A stretch of 64,000 nucleotides of DNA. Source: Mobula hypostoma (taxonomy: Eukaryota). The translations under genes were made by a program, and so were the position numbers. The notes under the pieces are model-generated. The model ran no database searches. It saw only the letters and a program-made list of their open reading frames with translations, and had not been told where the DNA came from. The DNA lies in NCBI RefSeq assembly GCF_963921235.1, contig NC_086108.1:67644001-67708000 (forward strand). The letters run 5' to 3'. Of the stretch, positions 49,781 to 60,885 are shown piece by piece. Each line of letters begins with the position of its first letter. Position 1 is the first letter of the stretch.

Positions 49781-50168
49781 GCAACACACATCAAAGTTGC
49801 TGGTGAACGCAGCAGGCCAGGCAGCATCTCTAGGAAGAGGTACAGTCGACGTTTCAGGCCGAGACCCTTCGTCAGGACTAACTGAAGGAAGAGTTAGTAG
49901 GAGATTTGAAAGTGGGAGGGGGAGGGGGAGATACAAAATGATAGGAGAAGACAGGAGGGGGAGGGATGGAGCCAAGAGCTGGACAGGTGATTGGCAAAGG
50001 GGATATGAGAGGATCATGGGACAGGAGGTCCAGGGAGAAAGACAAGGTGGGGGGAACCCAGAGGATGGGCAGGGGATATAGTCAGAGGGACAGAGGGAGA
50101 AAAAGGAGAGTGAGAGAAAGAATGTGTGTATAAAAATAAATAACAGATGGGGTACGAGGGGGAGGTTC
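49781..50168 (-). mobile_element. PLE terminal-repeat insertion with 15-bp TSD
   Basis: TSD TACTTAAATGTTGAA (49766-49780, 50169-50183). Closely similar to 26299-26686. Confidence 0.9.
49844..49879 (-). ncRNA. Minimal type-I hammerhead ribozyme motif (best-preserved copy)
   Basis: AGUC-CUGACGA-AGG(GUCUCGG)CCU-GAAA-C-GUC-GACU: perfect stem I (AGUC/GACU), with palindromic ACGU in place of stem III. Confidence 0.75.
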
Positions 50169-51499
50169 TACTTAAATGTTGAAATTGAGTTTGTAATGGC
50201 AGCTCATTTCACATCCTCACAACCTTCTGAGTGAAGAAGCTTCTCTTCATGTTCCCCTTAAACTTTTTATCTTTCACCCCTAACATATGACCTCTGGTCA
50301 TAGACCCACCCTATCTGGGTGGAAAATCCTGCTTGCATTTACCCTATCTTTACCCCCACATAATTTTGTACAACTCTATCAAATATCCTCTCAGTCTTCT
50401 ACATTCTAAGGAATAAAGTCCTAAACTACCAAATCTTTCCTTATAGCTCAGCCCCTCCAGACCTAGCAATATGCTTGTAAATGTTCTCTGTACTCTTTCA
50501 ATTTATTTACATCTTTCCTGTAGGTAGGTGACCAACACTGCCCACAATACTCCAAATTAGGCCTCACCAACATCTTATACAGCTTCAACATAACATCCCA
50601 TCTCCTGTACTCAATATCTTGATTTATGAAGGCCAATGTGCCAAAAGCTTTCTTCATGACTCTATCTACCTGTGATGCCACTTTCAGTGAATTATAGACC
50701 TATATTTCCAGATCCATTTGTTCTACCACACTCCTCAGTGCCCTATTGTTCACTGTGTACCTTTCCTGGTTGGTCCTATCAAAGTGCAACACCATGCACT
50801 TGTCTGCATTAAGTTCCATCTGCCATGTTCAGCCTATTTTGCCAACTGATGCAGATTCCTCTGCAAACCATGATAGCCTTCCTTGCCGTCTAGCGGAACC
50901 CCAATCTAGTCACCTGACTATCAGAAAATGTTGATAATAATGGAATTACAATATCTCTTAAAAGTTTCTTAAATATTTATTCTATCCACAGCTCCCACGC
51001 CATTGTTGCCTGCTGCCCTAGATATTATTGCTCTTAACCCCTCTCAGCTGAATGCATGTTCAGTGGGAAAGGCCCTTCTCTAGAATTTTTTCAAAGGGGA
51101 TCATTAACTAGCTTCAGTTAGCTGCAAGTTGATTTTTGATGGTTGTTGCACCAATTCTACAGGTATTTGTGCTTTCTAGAGCTGCTTATATTCACAAAGG
51201 TCGTATGGTAACCAGTGAAACGTTCTGTCATCATAACTGCCTTTGTCCAAGCCTTAAATGAATTCATTGATCTGCATTCAAGTGGAATAAATCAGCACTG
51301 GCAGAATGAAGAGAGGATGACAAGCTGGTAGAAGGAGCAGGGCAGAAATGTTTCTGTGGGCTTGAGGTATAATGAGCTTGTTGGAGGCATACGAGCTGAG
51401 TGCACTATTCAAAATGCAAGCGAGGCCTTTCGGAATTTTATGGCAGGTTTCAGACACCACAGTTTATTAGAAACATGGCAAAGGTTTATACAAAGAAAT

Positions 51500-52640
51500 T
51501 AGGTCACTGTGAGAGTGGCTATTGTGTGAGTAGGCCAGTGTTAGAGTGGAGAGTTTGAGATTTTGGCACAAAGGGGTGGAGGTAAGGTAAGTTTCTGTTA
51601 AGTTTCTTTCTTTCCTGGTCTATTAGGTATAGATAGAGTAGTGAAAATAGATCTAGGGTTAGTGGTATATTCTTCGTGTCAGATGTGAGAGTTCTGGGAG
51701 ACCTCCAGTCTCCCTAATAACTATATCTGTGTGAAATACATCTAGCTGCAGATCCTTACAGACCGTCTTAGGGAACAGGAGCTGCAGCTGATTACATTCG
51801 GCTCATACAGGAGAATGAGGAGGTGATAGGTAAGAGCTGCGGTGGTAGTCACACCTAAGTTGCAGGATAGCTGGATGACTATCAGGAGAGGGAAAGGGAG
51901 TAGGCAGGCAGTGTAGTGTACCCTGTAGCTGTTCCCCTCGCTTAAAAGGGTACTGCTTTGGATACTGTTGGGAGTGACCAACTACCAGGAGAAAGCCATC
52001 ACAACAAGATCTCTCAAACTGAGTCTGGCTCCGTGGCTCAGAAGGGAAGGGGAGAGAAGAAGAGAGCAGTGGTGATAAGGGATTCAATAGTTGAAGGAGC
52101 AGAGAAAAGATTCTGTGGACATGGAAGAGCCAGTCGGGTGGTATGTTGCCTCCCTAGTTCCAGGGTCAGGGATATCTCAGATTAGGTCAATGATTTCTAA
52201 AGGGGGAGGGTAAGCAGCCAGTACTCATACTGGTACTAACGACATAGGTAGGAAAAAGGATGAGGTCCTGAGGAGAGAATATAGGCAGCTAGGTCGGAAG
52301 CTGAAGAGCAGGATCTTAAGGCTAGTAATCTCTGGATTTCTGCCCATGCCATGAGTCAGTGAGGAAAAGGCAGAAATCTTGAGATTACTAGCCTTGAGAT
52401 GATTATTCCTGAGTAAGAAAATGGTGATTTGGGAGATGAATGTGTGGCTGAGGAACTGTTGCAGGGGGCAGAGTTTCAGATTTCTGGATCATTGGGATCT
52501 CTTCTGTGGAAGGTATGATCTGTACAAAGAGTACTGGTTGCACCTAAATTTCAGGGGGACTAACATGCTTGTAGGTAAGTGTGCTAGAACTATTAGGGAG
52601 GGGTTAAACTAGTCTGGAGGGGGTATGGGCACTGGAGTGA
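51500..52640 (+). mobile_element. CR1 5' region with a decayed ORF1 (SGNH/GDSL esterase-like)
   Basis: AVVIRDSIV...RFCG...VVCCLP..RVRDIS, GTNDI and FRFLDHWDLF...LHLN..G are CR1 ORF1 motifs. Confidence 0.8.
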
Positions 52641-52689
52641 TAAGTCAGAGAATGGGCAGATAACTATGGGAAGTGAGGAAGAGAATATT

Positions 52690-55600
52690 GTTCCTTTGGC
52701 GCTGATCTTTGTCTCCTTAGTGGCCACAGGAATCGTACCAGATAACTGGAGGTTGGCAAATGTTATTCCTTTGTTCAAGAAATGGAGTAGAAATAACCCC
52801 AGGAATTATAAACTAGTAAGTCTTACTTCAGTAGTGTAATTTCCAGTTTTGTGGAAATGAGAAAGGATCTAGGAAGAGTGGATTGGGATAAGTTGTTTTC
52901 TGGCAAGGATGTGTTCAGTGAGTGGAAGGCCTTCAAAGGCGAAATTTTGAGAGTGCGGAGTCTGCATTTTCCTGCCAGGATTAAAGGCAAAGTTAACAGG
53001 CATAGGGAACCTTGGTTTTCAAGGGATATTGGTGGTCTGGTTAAGAAAAGGAGAGAGGTGTATAGCAGGTATAGGCAACAAGGAACAAATGAGGTGCTTG
53101 AAGAGTATAGAAAATGTAAGAAAATACTAAAGAAGGAAATCAGGAAGGCAAAAAGAAGACATGAGGTTGCTTTGGCAGATAATGTGAAGGTAAACCTGAA
53201 GGGTTTCTACAAGTACTGTATATTAAGAGTAAAAAGATAGTAAGGAACAAAATTGGTCCCCTAGAAGATCAGAGTGGTCGTCTATGTGTGGAGCTTCACG
53301 AGATGGGGGAGATCTGAAACAATATATTTTGCATCAGTATTTACTCAGGAAACTGGCATAGTGTATATGGAAGGAAGGAAAACAAGCAGTAGTGTCATGG
53401 AACATATAGAGATTAAAGAGGAGGAGGTGCTTGCTACCTTACAGCGAATAAAGGTAGATAAATCCCCTGGGCCTACCATGATACTTCCTCGGACCTTGAG
53501 AGAGACTAGTGTAGAAATTGCAGGGGCCCTGGCAGAAATATTTAAAATGTCCTTAGCCACGGGTGCGGTGCCGGAGGATTGGAGGGTAGCTCATGTTGTT
53601 CCGTTGTTTAAAAGAGGCTCCAAAAGTAAACCAAGTAATTACAGGCCGGTGAGCCTGACATCAGTAGTAGGTAAATTATTGGAAGGTGTTCTGAGAGATC
53701 AGATATACAAGTTTTTGGACAGCCAAGGGCTGATTAAGGATCGTCTGCATGGCTTTGTGCGTGGTAGATCATGTTTAATGAATCTTGTAGAGTTTTTCGA
53801 GGAGGTTACCAAGAAAGTAGATGAAGGCTGTGGATGTTGTCTGCATGGACTTTAGTAAGGCCCTTGACAAGGTCCCACATGGGAGGTTAGTTCAGAAGGT
53901 TCAGACACTAGGTATCCATGGAGAGGTTGTAAACTGGATTCGAAATTGGCTGTGTGGGAAAAGACAGAGAGTGGTAGTGGATGATTGCTTCTCAGACTGG
54001 AGGCCTGTGACTAGTGGTGTGCCTCAGGGATCTGTGCTGGGACCATTGTTGTTTGTTGTCTATATTAATGATCTAGATGATAATGTGATAAACTGGATCA
54101 GCAAGTTTGCTGATGACACTAAGATTGGAGGCATTGTGGACAGCGAGGAAGGCTTTCAAAGGTTGCAGAGGGATCTGGACCAACTAGAAAAATGGGCCAG
54201 AAAATGGCAGTTGGAATTTAAGGCAGACAAGTGTGAGGTGTTGCATTTTGGAAGGACAAGTCAAGGTAGGACATACATAGTAAATGGTAGGGCACTGAGG
54301 AGTGTGGGGGAACAAAGAGATCTGGGTGTTCAGATACATAATTCCCTGAAAGTGGCATCACAGGTAAACAGGGTTGTAAAGGTTTTGGCATCCTGGCATT
54401 CATAAATCAAAGTATTGAGTATAGGAGTTGGGATGTTATGGTGAGGTTTTATAAGACATTGGTGAGGCCAAATTTGGAGTATTGTGTGCATTTCTGGTCA
54501 CCTAACTATAGGAAGGATATCAGTAAGATTGAAAGAGTGCAGAGAAGATTTACTAGGATGTTGCTGGGTCTTCAGGAGTTGAGTTACAGGGAAGGATTGA
54601 ACAGGTTAAGACTTTATTCCTTGGAGTGTAGAAGAATGAGGAGGGATTAGCTAGAGGTTTACAAAATTATGAGGGGTATAGACAGAGTAAATGTGAGTAG
54701 GCTCTTTCCACAGATTAGGAGAGATAAAAATGAGAGGACATGGCCTTAGGGTGAAAGGGGAAAGGTTTAGGGGGAACAATAGAGGGGAGTTCTTCACTCA
54801 GAGAGTGGTGGGAGTGTAGAACGAGCTGCCATCTGACGTGGTAAATGCGGGCTCACTCTTAAGTTTTAAGAATAAATTGGATAGATACATGGATGGGAGA
54901 GGTCTGGAGGGTTATGGACTGGATGCAGATCAATGGGACAAGCGGAATAAAGTTTTGGCACAGACTAGATGGGTCGAATGGCCTGTTTTCTGTGCTGTAG
55001 TGTTCTATGGTTCTATGGTGGGCAAATTATTGGGAAAGATTTTTATAGACAGGATTTATGAGCATTTGGTAAAACATAGTATGGTTGGGGATAGTCAGCA
55101 TGGCTTTCTAAAGTGTGGGTCATATCTCACAAACCTGACTGAATTCTTTAAGGATGTGACAAAGCACGTTGATGAAGGTAGAGTAGTGGGTATGGTGTTA
55201 GGCATTTGATAAGATTCCCTCTGGTAGGTTAATTCAGAAAGTCACGAGGCATCGGATTCAGAGAAACCTGGCTTCGTAGATTCAGCATGGCATGACCATA
55301 AAAGGCAAAGGAAGGTTGTAGATGGAGTGTTTTCTGTCTAGAAGTTGACCCGTGGTTTTCCACTGGGAACTATTCTGGGATTCCTGCTCTTTGTGATATT
55401 TAAATATAACTTGGATAAGGAAGTGGAAGGGTGGGTTAGGAAACCTATAATAAATAACATTAAGGTTGGTGGAGTGGTGGATAATGTAAAGGATTGTCAT
55501 AGGTTATAACAGGGTTTTGACAAGATGCAGAGCTGAGCTGAGAAGTGGCAGATGGAATTCAACCCTGGAAAGTGTGAAGTGATTCATTTTGGAAGGTTGA

Positions 55601-56345
55601 ACTTGAAGGCAGAATAAAGGGCTGGTGGCAGGATTCTTGTCAGCGTAGAGGAACAGAGGGATCTTGGGGTCCACATCCATAGGTCTCTCAAAGTTGCTGT
55701 GCAAGTTGATAGAGTTGTTAATAAGACATCTGGTGGGTCAGTCTTCATTAGCTGGGGGACTTTCAAGAGCCACAAGTTAATGTTGCAGCTCTAAAACTCT
55801 GGTTTGACCACACTTGAAATATTGTATTCAGTACTGGTCGTTTCATTACAGGAAGAATGTGGAAGTTTTAGAGAGGACACAGAGGAAATTTACTAGGATG
55901 CTGTCTGAAATGGAGGGCATGTCTTATGAGTATAGGTTGAGCAAGCTAGGGCTTTTTGCTTTGGGAAAAAAGGAGGATGAGAGGTGACTTGATAGACTGT
56001 ACATGATGATAAAAGGCACAGATCGAGTAGGTAGCCAGCGACTTATTCACAGGATGCTGATGGCTAATACAAGGGGGCATCATTCTAAGGAGATTGGAGG
56101 AAAGGATAGAGCAGATGTCGGAGGTTAGTGTTTACACAGAGAGTAGTGGATACGTGGAATGCCCTGCCTCGAGTGGTAGTTGAGGCAGATACAGCATATT
56201 AGGGACATTTGGGTAAGTGCATGGATGATAGAAAAAATGGAGGTCAATGTAGGAGGGAAGTGTTAGTCTGATCTTGGAATAGGTTGAGAGGTTGACACAG
56301 CATGGAGTGCCAAAGGACCAGATCTGTACTGTTCTCTGTGTTCTC
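52690..56345 (+). mobile_element. Older CR1 (52690-52836 plus 55018-56345) split by a younger CR1
   Basis: NYKLVSLTSV at ~52805-52835 continues as VGKLLGKI...DSQHGF at 55018. Confidence 0.75.
52837..55017 (+). mobile_element. Younger 5'-truncated CR1 with a few frameshifts
   Basis: ORFs 52851, 53274, 53821 and 54438 tile ORF2 (NYRPVSLTS, GVPQGSVLGP, FADDTK). TTCTATGGTTCTATG tail. Confidence 0.9.
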
Positions 56346-57009
56346 TGAAATGTCCTCAGCAGGACACCTTATCCGTTCAGGGTGTTCAGGTGCCTAAGCC
56401 TCCGTTTGGTACAGTGTGAATGACATCTGCACTTGAGGATGTCCTCACCGGTATCAACTATCTACCACAGCCGTGATGGCTACTTCAGAAAACATGTGGC
56501 CTCTCTGATGCCCGTTAAGACCAGTTTTATACGTTGGACCACCAAGCAGGAGCTAGAGATATTTAAATCACCCTGCAATTTGTTGCTCACTCTGCGTAAG
56601 ATATAATATAATCAAAAAGGTCTAAATATGTTTCACCAGAAACTGCACATAAAAGAAGCATGCTGTTTTGTGAGGCACATAGGCTTCCCCATAGTTCAAG
56701 ATGGCACTATTGGCATATTTGCTTTGTTAGATTCCTGATTGGTCAGCTTATGAATGGATATGGGGAGAAGGTACGAGACTACGGGTGAGAGGAAAATTGG
56801 ATCAGTTATAATGAAATGGGGGGAGCAGACTTGATGGACCATGCGGCCTAATTCCTCTCCTATATCTTATAGTCTTATATTAATTCAGAAGTGAAAAGTT
56901 CCTATTTCATCAGCATCCAAAGTGCATACAACTACACGTGGTGCATCATGCAGTTCAGACTTGATATCCTTGTATTAATTATACTACCTATACTTATAGT
57001 AATTTGTTT

Positions 57010-58140
57010 ACCATAAGGATTTGAGCAAACAGGATTTAGAAGCATTTGAAGAAACCTAGTTTGATTAGAGATAGTCAGCATGGCTTTGTGTGCGGCAAGT
57101 CATGCCTCACAATTTTGAATGAATTCTTTGAGAATGTGACAAAGCACATTGATGAAGGTACAGTATAGGGATTATAGTAAGGCATTTGACGTGATTCTTC
57201 ATGTTAGGCCCATTCAGAAAGTCAGGAGGCATGGGGTCCAGGGAAAACTGGTTGCATGCTTCCAGAACTGGCTTGCCGTTGAAGGCAGAGGGAGGTTGTA
57301 GATGGAGCTTACTCTGGTAACTAGTGGTGTTCTGCAGGAATCTGTTCTGGGATCTCTGCTCTTTGTGATTTTTATGATTGTCTTGGGTGAGGAAGTGGAA
57401 GGATGTAGATGACATGAAAGTTGGTGGAAGTGTAGAAGGCCGTCATAGGTTACATTGGGACAGTGAAAGGATAGAGAGCTGGGCTGAGATGTAGCAGATG
57501 GAGTTCAACCTGGAAAAGTGTGAAGTGATTCATTTTGAAAGGTTGAATATGATGGCAGAACACAGGATTGATGGCATGATTATTGACAGTGTGAAGGAAG
57601 AGAGGGATCTTGGGGTCCATACCCATAGATCCCTCAAAGCTGCTGTGCAAGTTGACAGGGTCATTGAGAAAGCGTATGCTGTATTGGCCTTCATTAGTTG
57701 GAACACACTGTGAGGTAATGTTGCAGCTCAAAAAACCCTGGTTAGACCACACTTGAAATATCGTAACGCTCACAAAATGCTGGAGGAACCAGGCAGCTTC
57801 TATGGGAAAGAGTAACCAGTTGACGTTCCCGGCCGAGACCCTTCAGCAGTCCTGATGTAGAGACTTGGCCTGAAATATAGACTGCTTACTCTTTTCCATC
57901 AATGCTGCCTGGCCTGCTGAGTTCCTTCAGAATTTTATGTGTGTTACTTTGAGTTCCAGCTTCTGCAGATTTTCTCCAGCTTGAAACATTGTGCTCATTT
58001 CTGGTCACCTTATTATAGGAAGGATGTAGGCACTTTAGAGAGGGTGTAGAGGAGATTTGCCAGACTTCTGCCTGAATTAGAGAATATGTTTTATGAAGGT
58101 AGGTTGAGTAAGCTCAGACCTGTGCTGTAGAGTTCTAAAG
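57010..58140 (+). mobile_element. Degenerate CR1 interrupted by a fold-back element
   Basis: DSQHGFVCGKSCLT, MEFNLEKCEVIHF and LVRPHL motifs. Confidence 0.78.
57765..57979 (+). mobile_element. Second ~215-bp PLE-derived fold-back element
   Basis: Degenerate 13-bp TSD CTTGAAATATCGT (57752-57764) / CTTGAAACATTGT (57980-57992). Same centre CCTTCAGCAGTCCT as the 8885 copy. Confidence 0.8.
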
Positions 58141-58919
58141 TATGTACTATGTTCAAACATCTAAATTGTAAAGGTAAGATTTGGGTAATAAAATTTAATT
58201 AGTTACAACATAACTCTTGACTAGGAAGTGTAAACCACACATTCATTTGGAGTATGTATTTAATAAAGGCTAAATGGTGATGGAGCAGAATTATTGAAGC
58301 ATTGCTCCTATGGCATCCTACAGAGTGGATACATCCTACACGGTGGCTGCCAAGGTTCATGTGATCTATGTACACTTTATGGTTGTCATTAAGAAGGTAC
58401 AAATATATAGAGGATAAGTGAGGAGACGAAAAAATGAGGAAGAAAAGGTGGAGGAGGTGGAACAGGAAAGGAAGACATCTTAGAAAGGCCCCTTTCCAAA
58501 TATGATATCAATAAATGCAATCCGTATTCTCCATTCACCAACAGTTCACACCCTCTCTGTTACATCATCATAACTTTAGTTTGTATTGTCATGGATGGTG
58601 AGGGATTAGCTGGCTGATAGACTGACAGTCACAGCAGGTAGCACTCAAACTGCCATTTAGCGAACATCAATGGTAATTTATGTAAAGCCTTCATGAATGC
58701 AGTCTAATGTGGGATAAGCTTATTTGCAAGAAAACACTCTCATGTTTTACATATTTTGGAACTCTGCACCTAGCATGCTCATCTTTAAACCCCATCACAC
58801 AGCCATCTGATCTTTCCTCTCTAGCCCTCAACAGTTCCGAAGGTTAAAGATCAGAATTACATCTGATCTTTCATTCAGGGCCATTGCAGATGTCAGAATT
58901 AAATAAATAAATTAAATGG

Positions 58920-60459
58920 TTTTCAGACAGGAGTGGCCTGCATCCAAGGCAAATGGAAAGGTTACTGAGGTTCCAGCTACTGGAGTCGCATTTGATTTCT
59001 TCTGCAGGGAACTCAAACATAGACATTGTGTATACCAGTGGAGAAAACAACAACTGGATAAGCTTACTGCATCGGCAGAAGGTCTACATTCAATATCAGG
59101 AGCTTGAAGAAGTCCTACAGCAAGTTTGCACAAAGCTTTGCTGAAGCCTGGAACCCATCCTTTCCAGCATGGAAATGATGGACAAAATGATGGACTCCAC
59201 CTGATATCAAGAAACATCTGCGAAGGCGATGGGCCCAGACAAAATCCCGGCAATAGTTCTGAAGATTTGAGCTCCAGAACTTGCTGCACCACTAGCCAAG
59301 CTGCTCCAGTACAGCTACAACACCGGCATCTATCCAGAATGTGGAAACCGTCCAGGTATGTCCTGTACACAAGAAACAGGGCAAGTCCAACCCAGCCAAT
59401 TACTGCCCTATCAGCCTACTCTCAATTATCAGCAAAGTAATGGAAGGGATCATCAACAATGCTATCATGCAGCACGAACTCGGCAATAACCTGCTTACGG
59501 ATGCCCAGTTTGGGTTCCGTCAAGGCCACTCTGCTCCTGACCTCATCACCTCCTTGGCCTAAACATGGACCAAATACCAGAGGTGAGGTGAAAGTGATAG
59601 CCCTCGACATCAAGGCAGCATTTGACCAAGTATGGCATTGCTAAAATGGAGTCAATGGGAATTAGGGGAAAACCCTCTGCCGGATGGAATCATACCTGAC
59701 ACAAAGGAAGATGGCTGTAGTGGTTGGAGGTCAATCATCTCATCTTCAGGACATCACTGAAGGAGTTCCTCAGGGAAGTGTCCTAGGACCAACCATCTTC
59801 GGCTGCTTCATCAATGACCCGCTTTCCGTCATAAGGTCAGAAATGGGGATGTTCACAGATGACTGCACAATGTTCTGCACCATTTGTGACTCCTCAGATA
59901 GTGAAGCAGTTCATACCCTGGACAAATGCAGCAGAACCTGAATGATACCCAAGCTTGGGCTGACAGGTGGCAAGTAACATTTGAGCCATGCAAGTGCCAG
60001 GCAATGACCATCTCCAACAAGAGAGGCTCTCACCATCATCCCTTGACATTCAGTGGCATCACCGTCACTGAATATTCTACTATCAACATCCTGGGGGTTA
60101 CCATTGACAGGAAACTGAACTGGTTTAGCCATATAAACACCATGGCTACCAGAGCAGGTCAAAGGCTCGGAATCCTGTGGCGTGTAACTCACCTCCTGAT
60201 TCCCCAAAGCCTGTCTGCCATCTACAAGGCTCAGGTCAGGAGTGTAATGGAATACTTGCCACTCTCCTGGGTGAGTCTGCGTCATCAACACTCAGGAAGC
60301 TTGACACCATCCAGTACAAGGCAGCCCACTTGATTGGTACCCCTTCCACGATCATCCATTCCCTCCACCATTGAAGAACAGTTGCAGCAGTGTGTACGGT
60401 CTACAAGATGCGCTGCGACAACACACCAAAATTCCTAAGGCAGCACCTTCCAGACCCAC
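58920..60459 (+). mobile_element. LINE of a distinct CR1/L2-group lineage, frameshifted, cut by the Gypsy insertion
   Basis: NPANYCPISLLSIISKVME, QFGFRQGHS, ALDIKAAFDQVWH, GVPQGSVLGP, FTDDCT and IYKAQVRSVMEY. Clearly divergent from the other CR1 copies. Confidence 0.85.
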
Positions 60460-60885
60460 TGTCACAACCATGGATTTGACAGCACAGGAGATACAGCAAT
60501 TGTGCTTGTGAATATGCATGTGTCAGCTAATTATTATTTAATCATGATAGTATTTAACTCCATAGTTGTTGTCGTAGTGCTTGTCGAGACTTGGACAGAG
60601 CACAGCAACGCTTCGCTGACTGTTTGCTTTTGGCCTTCCCTAAGAAACTGGACTTTGGAGTCAACTGACTCTGAAGACTAGCAGTATTCATTTAATGTTT
60701 AGGTTTTCTTTTCAGCTGCAGTGTAGGCTTCATTTTCCATTTGAGAGTTTTAGTTAACTGCCCTATTTGACCTAGCGTTTATTGTTTTATTTTCCTTTTA
60801 ACACTGTTTGCATTAAAGTTTGTGAACTATCGACCTGCTTCGGTGTCTCTTATCCGCACTTGGGCCATATCCAAACCTGGTGACA
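60460..60885 (+). repeat. 5' LTR of a Gypsy element (426 bp)
   Basis: TGTCAC...GTGACA inverted termini, ATTAAA at ~60812, immediately followed by gag. Confidence 0.75.

Larger units (their letters stand above)
49630..50920 (-). mobile_element. CR1 3' fragment interrupted by a PLE piece
   Basis: ORF 50463..50681 contains LVRPNLEYCGQCWSPTYRKD; CR1 tail at 49630-49680. Confidence 0.82.
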
